Source: an uncultured beta proteobacterium (lineage in GTDB: Bacteria; Pseudomonadota; Gammaproteobacteria; Burkholderiales; SG8-39). From it: 64,000 nucleotides of DNA. Below, one piece after another: positions 52,298 through 62,412 of this stretch. The notes under the pieces are model-generated. The model was not told where the DNA came from, did no database searches, and worked only from the letters and a program-made list of their open reading frames with translations. The position numbers and the translations under genes are program-made. The DNA is taken from positions 14,196 through 78,195 of the forward strand of contig CAWHBT010000017.1 of NCBI GenBank assembly GCA_963827595.1. The letters are read 5' to 3'. Every line of letters starts with the position of its first letter. Position 1 is the first letter of the stretch.

Positions 52298-52952
52298 ATG
52301 AACATAGAGCAGGCCCGCTTCAACATGGTCGAGCAGCAGATCAGGACCTGGGAGGTCCTTGATCAGCAGGTGCTCGATCTGCTCTACGTCGTGCGCCGGG
52401 AAGACTTCGTCCCCCAGGCGTACCAGGCGCTCGCGTTCTCCGATCTCGAGATCCCGATCGGCGAGGGCGAGACGATGCTGCAGCCGAAGGTGGAGGCGCG
52501 GATCCTCCAGGAAGCCGCACCCGGAGGGACCGACAAGGTGCTCGAGGTCGGGACCGGGAGCGGTTACATGGCGGCGCTCCTCGCCCACCGCGCGCGCCAC
52601 GTTCACTCGGTGGAGATCTCGCCGACCGCTGAAGGGCTTCGGCGAAGCGAATCTCCGCAAGGCGGGGATCGTCAACGTGACCGTCGAGCAAGGCGACGCG
52701 GCGCGCGGGTGGTCGAAGCACGCGCCCTACGACGTCATCGTCCTCACCGGGTCGACGCCCGTGCTCCCCGACGCGTTTCTCGCGCAGCTCGCCCCCGGCG
52801 GGCGGCTCTTCGCCGTCGTCGGCGAGGCGCCGGCGATGTCGGCGCGCCTGGTGACGGCGGTAGGGGGCGGCTCGTTCAACACCCTCGATCTGTTCGAGAC
52901 CGTGGTTGCGCCGCTGAAGAACGCGCTCGAGCGGGAGAAGTTCGTCTTCTAG
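52298..52952 (+). pseudogene. protein-L-isoaspartate O-methyltransferase-family protein, interrupted by a 1-nt insertion near 52625-52630
   Basis: The SAM motif VLEVGTGSGYMAALLA...VHSVEISP continues in the next frame as LKGFGEANLRKAGIVNVTVEQGDAARGW...GGRLFAVVG. Length is 655 nt = 3n+1. Confidence 0.75.
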
Positions 52953-52979
52953 CGATGGGTCGGTGTCCGGCAAGGCGCA

Positions 52980-53303
52980 ATGCAGCAGATCACCCCCGCG
53001 GAACTGAAAGCGTGGCTCGACGACGCGAGCCGCGGGCGGCCGGTGCTGCTCGATGTGCGCGAGCCGTGGGAGCGCGACATCTGCAGCCTGCCCGAGTCGC
53101 TGCACGTGCCGATGGGCACCGTGCCGGAGCGCGCGGGCGAGCTCGACCCGGGCACCGACACGATCGTGATCTGTCACCACGGAGGCCGGAGCTTCCAGGT
53201 GGCCGTGTTCCTCGAGCGCCGCGGATTTGCGCGGGTCTACAACCTTCAGGGAGGGGTCGACGCATGGGCACGCGCGATCGATCCTTCGATGCCGATTTAC
53301 TAA
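52980..53303 (+). CDS. rhodanese-like sulfurtransferase domain protein
   Basis: 107 aa with active-site loop ICHHGGRS and ...LQGGVDAW. Confidence 0.8.
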   Translation: MQQITPAELKAWLDDASRGRPVLLDVREPWERDICSLPESLHVPMGTVPERAGELDPGTDTIVICHHGGRSFQVAVFLERRGFARVYNLQGGVDAWARAIDPSMPIY

Positions 53304-53319
53304 TAAGGGGCCAACCCCG

Positions 53320-55131
53320 ATGAACAGAGCAAAACTCAGACTGGCGGCGATGGCGGTGGGCCTCGTGTTCGCGGGCAGCGCCGCCGCGGCGGACTTCCTC
53401 GCAACCTACCGCCTGGCGAAGCAGAACGACGCGCAGTTCGCCTCCGCGCGCGCGAGCCTCGAGGCGGGCCTCGAGAAGCTGCCGCAGGGGCGGGCGCTGC
53501 TGCTGCCCGTGATCAACGCCTCCGGCAACACGACGTACAACGACGACCGGAACGAGGTCCTCAGTACCGGCTTCGTTAACAGCGGCCAGTTCAACTCGAA
53601 CGGCTGGAACGTGACCCTCACCCAGCCGCTGTTCCGCTGGCAGAACCTGGTGCAGTACCAGCAGTCGCAGTACCAGGTCCTGCAGGCCGAAGCGCAGTTC
53701 GGGCAGGCGACGCAGGACCTCATCGTCCGCGTCGCGCAGGCCTACTTCGACGTGCTCGCGGCCATGGACAACCTCGAGTTCACCAAGTCGAACCGGGTCG
53801 TGATCAACGAGCAGCTCGCGCAGGCGAAGCGCAACTTCGAGGTCGGCACGGCGACGATCACGGACACGAACGAAGCCCAGGCGCGGTATGACCTCGCCAT
53901 CGCGCAGGAGATCGCCGGGGTCAACGCGCTCGAGGTCGCGCAGCGGGCGCTGCAGCAGATCATCGTGCAGTTTCCGGACGCCCTGACGCCGCTCAGGACG
54001 CAGGTCATGATCGAGCAGCCGCAGCCGAACGTCATGGACGAGTGGGTGAAGAGCGCCCGCGGCAACAACTTCGTCGTCCGGGGCAACGAGGCGGTGATGG
54101 AGATCGCGTCGCGCGAGGTGGAACGGCAGCGGGCGGGGCACTACCCCACTCTGGACGTCGTCGCCGGGGCGCAGGAGAACACCGGCCAGAACCTGGCGGC
54201 GGTCACGGCGATCTCCGGCGGCCAGCGGACCACGCTCTCGCAGAACACGATCGGCCTCCAGCTGAACCTGCCGATCTATGCGGGCGGCTCGGTCATGTCC
54301 CGCACGCGCGAGGCCGTAGGGCTCAAGGAGAAGGCGCGCCAGGACCTCGACTCGAGCCGCCGCGCAGCCGAGTTCAACGCGCGCCAGTCCTTCCTGAACG
54401 TGACCAACGGGATCGCGCAGGTGCGGGCACTCGAGCAGGCGCTCCGGTCGAGCGAGGTCTCGCTGCAGTCGAACCGGGTCGGCTACGAGGTCGGGGTGCG
54501 GATCAACATCGACGTGCTGAACGCCCAGCAGCAGGTCTTCCAGACGCAGCGCGATCTCGCCCGTGCCCGCTACGACACGATCCTGAACGGCCTGCGGCTC
54601 AAGTCCGCCGCGGGCTCGCTCACCGAGCAGGACGTGGAAGCGGTGAACCGGTTGCTCGGCTACGACCAGAAGCCCGCTGCCCCGGCGCCGGCGCCGCGGA
54701 GCGGGCAGCCCGAGCGTTCCGACCGGCTGGCGCGGGCCGAGGAATCGCCCGCCCCGCGGTCGGGGCCGCTCGACCTGGCGGTTCCGGGGGCCGTCGTTCC
54801 CGAGGCCCCGGCCCCGTCGGCCAACGCGGCTGCGGCCAAGGCCGAGGCACCGCCCGCGGCGCGGAAGGTCGCGGCCGCCAAGCCCAAGCCGGCTCCGGCG
54901 CAGGTCCAACCGGTGGCCGCGCGGCCAGCACCTAGGGCGAAGCCGGCACCGCGGCCCGCCGAGGAGGTGGTCATGGCCCCGGCGCCGATGGCGGAGACGA
55001 TCAACGCGCCCGTCGCGCCGGTCGGCAAACCGCTGATCGAGGCCGAGGCGGCGACCACCCCGGCCGCCCAGCCCCACGAGGACGCTCGCGCCGTCCGGTA
55101 CGTCGAGCCGAAGGTCCCCGGCCAGGAGTAG
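53320..55131 (+). CDS. tolC: TolC-family outer membrane efflux protein with a long Pro/Ala-rich C-terminal extension
   Basis: Signal peptide, a two-repeat TolC architecture (LATYRLAKQNDAQFASARA... / ...LNAQQQVFQTQRDLARARYD) and a low-complexity tail of about 150 aa. Confidence 0.85.
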   Translation: MNRAKLRLAAMAVGLVFAGSAAAADFLATYRLAKQNDAQFASARASLEAGLEKLPQGRALLLPVINASGNTTYNDDRNEVLSTGFVNSGQFNSNGWNVTLTQPLFRWQNLVQYQQSQYQVLQAEAQFGQATQDLIVRVAQAYFDVLAAMDNLEFTKSNRVVINEQLAQAKRNFEVGTATITDTNEAQARYDLAIAQEIAGVNALEVAQRALQQIIVQFPDALTPLRTQVMIEQPQPNVMDEWVKSARGNNFVVRGNEAVMEIASREVERQRAGHYPTLDVVAGAQENTGQNLAAVTAISGGQRTTLSQNTIGLQLNLPIYAGGSVMSRTREAVGLKEKARQDLDSSRRAAEFNARQSFLNVTNGIAQVRALEQALRSSEVSLQSNRVGYEVGVRINIDVLNAQQQVFQTQRDLARARYDTILNGLRLKSAAGSLTEQDVEAVNRLLGYDQKPAAPAPAPRSGQPERSDRLARAEESPAPRSGPLDLAVPGAVVPEAPAPSANAAAAKAEAPPAARKVAAAKPKPAPAQVQPVAARPAPRAKPAPRPAEEVVMAPAPMAETINAPVAPVGKPLIEAEAATTPAAQPHEDARAVRYVEPKVPGQE

Positions 55132-55162
55132 GCCGGTCCCCTGCCCCCTCGCGCGGGGGCGC

Positions 55163-56412
55163 CTACCGCAGCAGCCGCTCGACGATCGCCATCGTCCGCC
55201 CGTCGCGCCGCGATGGGCGTCGCAGAAGCGCCGCCCGGCCTCGCTCATCGTCTTCCGCGCCGCCGCGTCCGCGAGCAGCCTCGCCGCCTCCCGCGCGAGC
55301 GCGTCGGCATCCACGACCTGAACCGCCGCGCCGGCCGCGATGGCTTCCGCCGCAGCCTGCGCGAAGTTGAAGGTCGACGGACCGATGAGGACCGGGACGC
55401 CGACCGCGCAGGCCTCGATCAGGTTCTGCGCGCCATAGGGCAGCAGGCTGCCGCCGATGTAGACGACGTCCGCGCTGGCGTAGTACGCGGTCATCTCCCC
55501 CATGCTGTCGCCGAGGGCGAAGGGCTGTCCGGCCGGCACCGGCCGCCCTTCGCTCCGGCGTACGAACGCGAGGCCGCGGCTGCGCAGGAGCGCCGCCACC
55601 TCGTCGAAGCGCTGCGGATGGCGCGGCACGATCACGGTCAGCGCGCCGGAGAGCGGCGCGCGCGCCAGCGCGTCCAGAATCAGCGCCTCCTCGCCTTCGC
55701 GCGTGCTCGCCGCGAGGAACACCAGGCGCGCGCCGAACAGGCGCCGGAGCTCGCGGCCGCGGGCGATCAGCTCGGGCGCCGCCGCGATGTCGAACTTGAG
55801 ATTCCCGGTCACCTCGGCGCCGCGCGCGCCGAGCGCGGTGAGCCGCGCGGCGTCGGCCTCGGTCTGGGCCGCAACCGCCGCGAGGTCCGCGAGCGCTTCC
55901 CGCGCCAGCGGCCCGACGCGACGGTAGCCCTCGGCGGACCGCTCCGAAAGCCGTGCGTTCGCGAGCAGCACGGGCACGCCCGCGCGCCGGCATTCGCGCA
56001 GGAGGTTGGGCCAGACCTCGGTCTCCATCACGATGCCGAGACGGGGGCGGAAGTGCGCGACGAACCGCCGCACTGCCCACGGCAGGTCATAGGGCAGGAA
56101 CGCGAGGGTGGCGAATTCGCCGTACAGGCTCGTCGCCGCTTCGCGCCCGGTGGCCGTCATGTGCGTCAGAACCAGCGCGTGATCCGGAAAGCGCGTCCGG
56201 AGGGCGTTCACGAGGGGCTGTGCGGCGCGCGTTTCGCCGAGCGACACCGCGTGGATCCAGATGACCGGCCGCGCCGGGCGGGCGCCGTAACGCCCGAAGC
56301 GCTCGCCGACGTGCCGCCGGTAGCCGGGCTCCTTGCGCCCGCGCCACCAAAGGCGCAGCGGGATGTACGGCAGCGCGAGATGCAGCGCGACGTTGTAGAG
56401 CGCGCGGAGCAT
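55163..56412 (-). pseudogene. waaA: 3-deoxy-D-manno-octulosonic acid (Kdo) transferase, with a 1-nt deletion near 55198-55203
   Basis: Typical WaaA sequence (VIWIHAVSLGETRAA...VPRHPQRF...GGSL) up to ...FCDAHRGAT. The natural end (A)RTMAIVERLLR* is in the -1 frame; without correction the ORF runs 1140 aa antisense through tolC. Length is 1250 nt = 3n-1. Confidence 0.85.
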
Positions 56413-57374
56413 CAGGCGAGCGCCGGGGCGACCTCGCCCAGCGCATCGAGCACTTCCGCGGCTGAAGGCGGCCGGCCCGCGCCGCCGCGGATCGCGATCC
56501 GGCCGGGGCCGAGCGGCCCCGTCCGCGCCGGCTCGGAGTTGCAGTAGATCCCGACCACGGGGACGCCGAGCGCGACCGCGAGATGCATAAACCCGGTGTC
56601 GAGCCCGACCACGGCCACCGCGTCTCCGATCAGGCCGGCCGCCTCGTCCATCGACATCTGCGGCGGAACCACCGCCTGCGGAAGCGCCGTGCCGAGGCGC
56701 TTGGCGCGCCGCCGCTCGTCCAGGTTACCCCAAGGCAGCACGCAGACGAGCCGGCGCGACGCGAGCGCGCGGCCGACCTCCAGCCACGCTTCCTCCGGCC
56801 AGAGCTTCTCCGGCCGCGCCGTCGAATGCAGGAGCACGCAGTAGGGCTCGCTCGGCGCGAACACCGGTGCCGGCGGCGGAACGATGCCGTAGTCGATCCC
56901 GCCCTGGAGCCGGTAGTCCAGGGCGTGCGCGAGCAGCGTGCGATAGCGATCGACCGCGTGCTCCGCGCGCGGAATCTCGTGCGTGAACTGGTAGAACCGC
57001 GCCGCCAGCCGCTCCCGCGCCGTTGCCGGGCCGTTGCCGTGCACGGGACCGCGCGCAAGCCGCGCGACGATGGCGCTCTTGACGAGCCCCTGCGCGTCGA
57101 CGATCGCGTCGTATGCGTGCTCGCGGAGCTGGGCGCGGAAGGCGGAGAACTCGCGCCGGACGCCCCGGCTCAGGAGGTCGCGCCGCCAGCGGCGCAGCGC
57201 GAACGGGATCGCGCGGCTCACGCCGGGGTGCATCCGCACGAGCGGAGCGTACGCCTCCTCCACCACCCAATCGAGGCTCGCGTCCGGCATCGCCCGCCGC
57301 AGATCGGTCACCGCCGGGAACGTGTGGAGGACGTCCCCGAGCGAGGAGAGGCGCACGAGGAGGATTTGGGTCAT
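56412..57374 (-). CDS. waaC: lipopolysaccharide heptosyltransferase I
   Basis: MTQILLVRLSSLGDVLHTFPAVTDL... is glycosyltransferase family 9. The stop overlaps the waaA start (TGATG). Confidence 0.85.
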   Translation of the reverse strand: MTQILLVRLSSLGDVLHTFPAVTDLRRAMPDASLDWVVEEAYAPLVRMHPGVSRAIPFALRRWRRDLLSRGVRREFSAFRAQLREHAYDAIVDAQGLVKSAIVARLARGPVHGNGPATARERLAARFYQFTHEIPRAEHAVDRYRTLLAHALDYRLQGGIDYGIVPPPAPVFAPSEPYCVLLHSTARPEKLWPEEAWLEVGRALASRRLVCVLPWGNLDERRRAKRLGTALPQAVVPPQMSMDEAAGLIGDAVAVVGLDTGFMHLAVALGVPVVGIYCNSEPARTGPLGPGRIAIRGGAGRPPSAAEVLDALGEVAPALA

Positions 57375-57449
57375 TTTGCGCGCGCCGGGAGCACCGGGTT
57401 GGGGTTAGAATTCTCGCGTTGGAAACTCCTGAATTATAAGGAAAACCCG

Positions 57450-58517
57450 GTGACGATCCTGGTGACGGGGGGCGCGGGGTTCATCGGCTCGAATTTCGTG
57501 CTCGAGTGGCTCGCGCACGTCGGCGAACCGGCCGTCAACCTCGACAAGCTCACCTACGCCGGGAACCTCGTGAACCTCGCCGCGCTGGAGCGCGATGCCC
57601 GGCACGTTTTCGTCCGCGGCGACATCGGCGACCGGGAGTTCGTGGGGAGCCTGCTCGCGCAGCACCGCCCACGGGCGATTCTCAACTTCGCCGCGGAAAG
57701 CCACGTCGACCGCTCGATCCACGGGCCGGACGATTTCGTCCGCACGAACCTGCTCGGGACGTTCAACCTCCTCGAGGAGTCGCGGGCGTATTGGGGAGGT
57801 CTGAAGGGCGCCGACCGGGAGCGCTTCCGCTTCCTGCACGTGTCCACCGACGAAGTCTACGGCTCGCTCGGCCCGACGGCCCCGGGGTTCAACGAGGCGA
57901 CGCCCTACGCGCCGAACAGCCCGTACTCGGCGTCCAAGGCCGGCTCGGATCATCTGGTTCGCGCGTACCACCACACCTACGGATTGCCGACGCTCACCAC
58001 GAACTGCTCGAACAACTACGGCCCGTTCCAGTTCCCGGAGAAGCTCATCCCGCTGGTGATTCTCAACGCGACGCAGGGCAAGCCGCTGCCGGTCTACGGC
58101 GACGGCAAAAACGTTCGCGACTGGCTCTACGTTCGCGACCACTGCGCGGCGCTACGGCTCGTGCTGGAGCGCGGCCGACCGGGTGAGGTGTACAACATCG
58201 GCGGGAACGCCGAGCGCGAGAACATCGCGGTGGTGACGGGGATCTGCGCGATTCTCGACGAGCTGCGTCCGCGGCCCTCGGGCCGCCACGCGGAGCTCGT
58301 CGCGTTCGTGAAGGACCGCCCGGGCCACGACCGCCGCTACGCGATCGACGCGTCGAAGGTCGCCCGCGAGCTCGGCTGGTCGCCGGCGACGCCGTTCGAG
58401 ACCGGCCTGCGCGAGACGGTGCGCTGGTACCTCGATCACGGGGAGTGGGTGAGAGGCGTTCAGAGCGGCGAGTACCGCACCTGGATCGAGAAGCACTACG
58501 CGGGGACCGGAGCATGA
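57450..58517 (+). CDS. rfbB: dTDP-glucose 4,6-dehydratase
   Basis: [14 protein letters not shown], the catalytic [11 protein letters not shown] motif, and AGGA 8 nt upstream of the GTG. Confidence 0.9.
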   Translation: MTILVTGGAGFIGSNFVLEWLAHVGEPAVNLDKLTYAGNLVNLAALERDARHVFVRGDIGDREFVGSLLAQHRPRAILNFAAESHVDRSIHGPDDFVRTNLLGTFNLLEESRAYWGGLKGADRERFRFLHVSTDEVYGSLGPTAPGFNEATPYAPNSPYSASKAGSDHLVRAYHHTYGLPTLTTNCSNNYGPFQFPEKLIPLVILNATQGKPLPVYGDGKNVRDWLYVRDHCAALRLVLERGRPGEVYNIGGNAERENIAVVTGICAILDELRPRPSGRHAELVAFVKDRPGHDRRYAIDASKVARELGWSPATPFETGLRETVRWYLDHGEWVRGVQSGEYRTWIEKHYAGTGA

Positions 58518-59392
58518 AAGGGATCATCCTCGCCGGCGGCGCCGGCACGCGGCTCTACCCGGCGACGCAGGTCGTGTCGAAGCAGCTGCTGCCGGTGTAC
58601 GACAAGCCGATGATCTACTACCCGCTGAGCACGCTGCTCCTCGGCGGGATCCGCGACATCCTGATCATCTCGACGCCGCAGGACACGCCGCGGTTCACGC
58701 AGCTGCTGGGCGACGGGCGGCAGTGGGGCATCAACCTCGCCTACGCCGTCCAGCCGTCGCCCGAGGGCCTCGCGCAGGCGTTCATCATCGGCCGCAACTT
58801 CGTCGGCCGGGAGAGCTCGTGCCTGATCCTCGGCGACAACATCTTCTACGGGCACGACCTTTCGACCGACGTCCAGGCGGCGGCGAAGCGGGGCCGCGGC
58901 GCGACCGTGTTCGCCTACCCGGTCGCGGATCCGGAGCGTTACGGCGTCGTGGAGTTCGACGCCAAGGGTCGCGCCGTGAGCATCGAGGAGAAGCCGCCGC
59001 AGCCCAAGTCGCGCTATGCCGTGACCGGGCTCTACTTCTACGACAACAAGGTCCTGGATATCGCGGCCTCGCTCAAGCCGAGCGCGCGCGGCGAGCTCGA
59101 GATCACCGACGTCAATCGCAAGTACCTCGAGGCCGGCCAGCTCGAGGTCGTGGTGATGAGCCGCGGCTATGCGTGGCTCGACACCGGCACCCACGAATCG
59201 CTGCTCGAGGCGGCCCACTTCATCGAGACCATCGAGCGCCGGCAGGGGCTCAAGATCGCGTGCGTCGAGGAGATCGTCTTCCGGATGGGGTTCATCTCGG
59301 CCGCAGAGCTCGAGCGGCTGGCCGCGCCGCTCGTGAAGAGCGGCTATGGCCAGTATCTCCTGCAGGTGCTGCGGGAGCGGACGCCGACGTGA
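58514..59392 (+). CDS. rfbA: glucose-1-phosphate thymidylyltransferase
   Basis: [18 protein letters not shown]...[21 protein letters not shown] overlap with rfbB. Confidence 0.92.
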   Translation: MKGIILAGGAGTRLYPATQVVSKQLLPVYDKPMIYYPLSTLLLGGIRDILIISTPQDTPRFTQLLGDGRQWGINLAYAVQPSPEGLAQAFIIGRNFVGRESSCLILGDNIFYGHDLSTDVQAAAKRGRGATVFAYPVADPERYGVVEFDAKGRAVSIEEKPPQPKSRYAVTGLYFYDNKVLDIAASLKPSARGELEITDVNRKYLEAGQLEVVVMSRGYAWLDTGTHESLLEAAHFIETIERRQGLKIACVEEIVFRMGFISAAELERLAAPLVKSGYGQYLLQVLRERTPT

Positions 59393-59913
59393 CGCGTTGT
59401 CTTGCCCTGCTCGCTTCGGCGCTGGTCGTCGGCTGCGCCCAGCCGCCGCGCCACGCGGAGACGGTGTGGGTCACGGTGGCCTATGTATACCTGCCCGGCG
59501 ATCTGCAGCAGAGCTGGAACGTGGGGCTCGCATCGCGGGCGAAGGGGGCCGGCTTGACCGACGCGGACGTCGCCGCCGGGCGCCTGCTTCGGGTCGCCTG
59601 CGGCCTGGGAACGGACCGCACATGGGTCAGCTACGCCTACCTGCCGCCGGGGATGAGCGTTCGCAAGGACGAGGTACTGGAGCTTCGGATCGACGATCCG
59701 ACCGACGGCTCGAGGCTCGGATGGAATCCGGTCGTCGGCCACGTCGAACGATTCAAGTTCCCCGGCTCGGCGCGCGCCAGTAAGTACATCCCTGACTGGA
59801 AGGAGCGGGGGCTGTACGTCAACTTCGAGCGGATTCCGCTGCAGCCCGAGCAACGGGGCCGATACGAGATCTCGTACAGCGAGTACATCATCAAGTGTCG
59901 TCAGGGCGACTGA
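59389..59913 (+). CDS. lipoprotein of unknown function embedded in the rfb operon
   Basis: The GTG overlaps the rfbA stop (GTGA). Lipobox [12 protein letters not shown]. 174 aa, no family recognised. Confidence 0.5.
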   Translation: MTRCLALLASALVVGCAQPPRHAETVWVTVAYVYLPGDLQQSWNVGLASRAKGAGLTDADVAAGRLLRVACGLGTDRTWVSYAYLPPGMSVRKDEVLELRIDDPTDGSRLGWNPVVGHVERFKFPGSARASKYIPDWKERGLYVNFERIPLQPEQRGRYEISYSEYIIKCRQGD

Positions 59914-59977
59914 CGTCACCCGCCGGCTCAGCCCGCTCGCAAATGCCGCCGTTGCAACGCACCCTTCACCGCCGTCC

Positions 59978-60520
59978 ATGAACGTCGTCCGCACCGCCAT
60001 TCCCGACGTGGTCGTGATCGAACCGAAGGTCTTCGGGGACGCGCGCGGGTTCTTCCTCGAGAGCTGGAACGCGCGGGCGTTTGCGATCGCGGGCATCCGC
60101 GCCGAGTTCGTGCAGGACAATCACAGCCGCTCGACGCGGAACGTCCTGCGGGGGCTGCACTACCAGGTCCGCCAGCCCCAAGGGAAGCTCGTTCGGGTCG
60201 TCCTCGGCGAGGTCTACGACGTCGCGGTGGACCTCAGACGCTCGTCACCCACGTTCGGACGCTGGATGGGGGAGAGGCTCTCCGCCGAGAACAAGCGCAT
60301 GGCCTGGATTCCGGCGGGCTTCGCGCACGGCTATCTCGTGATGTCGGACTTCGCCGAGGTGCTCTACAAGGCCACCGACTACTACGCGCCGGAGCACGAG
60401 CGTTCGATCGTCTGGAACGATCCCGACCTCGCGATCGAGTGGCCGCTCACCGGCACGCCGGTGCTGTCGGCCAAGGACGCGGCCGGGGTCCGCTTCCGCG
60501 ACGCCGAAGCCTATCCGTGA
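59978..60520 (+). CDS. rfbC: dTDP-4-dehydrorhamnose 3,5-epimerase
   Basis: VIEPKVFGDARGFFLESWN...RGLHYQ...GKLVRVV.GEVYDVAVDLR are cupin RmlC motifs. Confidence 0.9.
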   Translation: MNVVRTAIPDVVVIEPKVFGDARGFFLESWNARAFAIAGIRAEFVQDNHSRSTRNVLRGLHYQVRQPQGKLVRVVLGEVYDVAVDLRRSSPTFGRWMGERLSAENKRMAWIPAGFAHGYLVMSDFAEVLYKATDYYAPEHERSIVWNDPDLAIEWPLTGTPVLSAKDAAGVRFRDAEAYP

Positions 60521-61404
60521 GGATCCTGCTCACCGGCGCGAACGGCCAGGTCGGTTCGGCGCTGCGGCGCTCGCTCGCGCCGCTCGGCGAGGTCGTCGCA
60601 TTCGATCGGGCCGGGCTCGATCTCGCGCAACCCGATGCATTGATCGTGCGCGTGCGCGACGTCGCGCCGCAGGCGATCGTCAATGCGGGCGCGTACACCG
60701 CGGTGGACAAGGCCGAAAGCGAGCCCGAGGCGGCGTCCGCGATCAACGGGACGGCGCCGCGGGTCCTGGCCGAGGAAGCCAGGAGGCTCGGCGCGGTCCT
60801 GGTGCACTACTCGACCGACTACGTCTTCGACGGCGAGCAGGCCAGTCCTTACGCGGAAGCCGACACGCCGAACCCCCTGAGCGTCTACGGCCGCAGCAAG
60901 CTCGAAGGCGAACGGGCCGTCATCGCGAGCGGGTGCCGGCATCTGACGTTGCGCACGAGCTGGGTCTACGGGACCCGCGGACGGAACTTCCTGCTGACGA
61001 TGCTGCGATTTGCGGGCGAAGGACGCGCGCTGCGCGTGGTGGACGATCAGATCGGTGCCCCGACGTGGTGCCGGGAGATCGCTGACGCGACGGCCACCCT
61101 GCTCGCCCGCCCGGCGCTCGCTGCGCCGGGCGCGGATGGCCTCTATCACTTGAGCGCCAGCGGCTTCACGTCGTGGTTCGGATTCGCGCGTGCGATCTTC
61201 GACTCGCCCGAGCTCGCTCGGCTCGGTATTGCGCGGCCGAAACTCGAAGCGATTCCGACGCGCGAGTACCCCACGCCCGCGCGCCGGCCACGCAACTCGC
61301 GGCTGGACTGCAGCAGACTCGAGCGCCGCGCGGGGCTGCGGCTCGCGCCCTGGGACGAGGCGCTCGAAGGCGCCATGGCCGAGCTGCGGTCATCGCCGCC
61401 CTGA
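60517..61404 (+). CDS. rfbD: dTDP-4-dehydrorhamnose reductase
   Basis: The GTG overlaps the rfbC stop. ILLTGANGQVG, YGRSKLEGE and STDYVFDG are RmlD motifs. Confidence 0.9.
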   Translation: MRILLTGANGQVGSALRRSLAPLGEVVAFDRAGLDLAQPDALIVRVRDVAPQAIVNAGAYTAVDKAESEPEAASAINGTAPRVLAEEARRLGAVLVHYSTDYVFDGEQASPYAEADTPNPLSVYGRSKLEGERAVIASGCRHLTLRTSWVYGTRGRNFLLTMLRFAGEGRALRVVDDQIGAPTWCREIADATATLLARPALAAPGADGLYHLSASGFTSWFGFARAIFDSPELARLGIARPKLEAIPTREYPTPARRPRNSRLDCSRLERRAGLRLAPWDEALEGAMAELRSSPP

Positions 61405-61416
61405 CACGTTCAGCCT

Positions 61417-61974
61417 TCAGGAGGCTGATCGCGGCGGGGACGGCGGCGCCTGCGGCTCGAAGTCTGCCTCGATGGAGCGAAGAACCCTCTCCTTTGTCTC
61501 AGCGCTGACCGGCGTCACCTTGAGGAGCGTGAGCAGCTTCCGCTTGTCGAGGAGGCCACGCCGGGCAAGCTCCCGCGTGAAGTCGATGTCCTTCTCGCGC
61601 CTGGCGACATACTTCGAGATCGCCAGATCATGCGGATCGAGGCACAAACCGCGAACCTTCCCCGTATCGCCGGGGGGGAGATCGACCAGCCGCCCCTTCC
61701 AGCCCTTGGGCAGCACGGCGGTCGACTCATCGACCGGGTCGGCGTAATAACCGAACTGCTCGTGGAAAGGGGAGTCGACCCCGATCGCGTTCAACCACTC
61801 GGTTCTCTCCTGCTGGTCTTGCGCGATGAGATCGACCTCGATCGAGCGCACGATCTCGTCCGGAAGATCGGGATACTTCCCGTGCAGCGCCTGGCTTCCA
61901 ATGATGATGAACTCCTCCGCGCCGGTAATCGCTCCGGCCGCTCGCAGCACGTGGTCAAGCTGCTGCTTTTTCAC
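61417..61974 (-). CDS. DUF6036-like nucleotidyltransferase-fold protein (putative toxin-like partner)
   Basis: GTG start (VKKQQLDHVLRAAGAI...). The NTase motif hGS...[DE]x[DE] is present (FIIIGSQALHGKYPDLPDEIVRSIEVDLIA), plus ...LCLDPHDLAISKYVARREKD. Its start overlaps the upstream AbrB-type gene by 20 nt. The family name is recalled from memory. Confidence 0.6.
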   Translation of the reverse strand: MKKQQLDHVLRAAGAITGAEEFIIIGSQALHGKYPDLPDEIVRSIEVDLIAQDQQERTEWLNAIGVDSPFHEQFGYYADPVDESTAVLPKGWKGRLVDLPPGDTGKVRGLCLDPHDLAISKYVARREKDIDFTRELARRGLLDKRKLLTLLKVTPVSAETKERVLRSIEADFEPQAPPSPPRSAS

Positions 61975-62395
61975 GCAGATTCTCGAGGACGTCCTTCGAG
62001 AGCATGCCCACGTAGGGCATCGACTGGCGCAGCCTGTTGGCCTGATCCGTCTTCCCGAGCATTGCAGCATAGAGGCGAGCATCGTCGCCGCTGCTGACGA
62101 TCTCGAGCCATTCGTCGTAAGCACTGCACCAGACTCCCGCTTCCCTCCAGCGCTTGAGGTTCTCACGCGACTTGCTCCGGACCTCCTCGGGCCGGAAGCG
62201 CGAGATGACCTCTGCCGAAATGGCTCTCTTCAGATCATCGAGCCGCACGTGGCCCGATCGCTGCCGCGGGCGGGGTCCGATGCCGCCAGCGGTCAACTCG
62301 AGCGAATCCCCTTCTCGAATGCCCCAATCTTTCAACGCCTTTCTGGGCACGATCACGCCAAGTGAATTGCCGATGCGGCGAACGGTGAGCTTCAT
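61955..62395 (-). CDS. AbrB/MazE/SpoVT-type DNA-binding protein with a C-terminal extension of about 95 aa (putative antitoxin-like partner)
   Basis: The N-terminus MKLTVRRIGNSLGVIVPRKALKDWGIREGDSLELT is a swapped-hairpin AbrB/MazE motif. A GAGG lies 6 nt upstream of the ATG. Confidence 0.65.
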   Translation of the reverse strand: MKLTVRRIGNSLGVIVPRKALKDWGIREGDSLELTAGGIGPRPRQRSGHVRLDDLKRAISAEVISRFRPEEVRSKSRENLKRWREAGVWCSAYDEWLEIVSSGDDARLYAAMLGKTDQANRLRQSMPYVGMLSKDVLENLREKAAA

Positions 62396-62412
62396 CGATG
62401 GCCTCGGCCAGA

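Noticed and set aside
52990-56412. 1140-aa minus-strand ORF
   Set aside because: The N-terminal ~410 codons are waaA. The rest is read-through after a 1-nt deletion, running antisense through tolC and the rhodanese gene.
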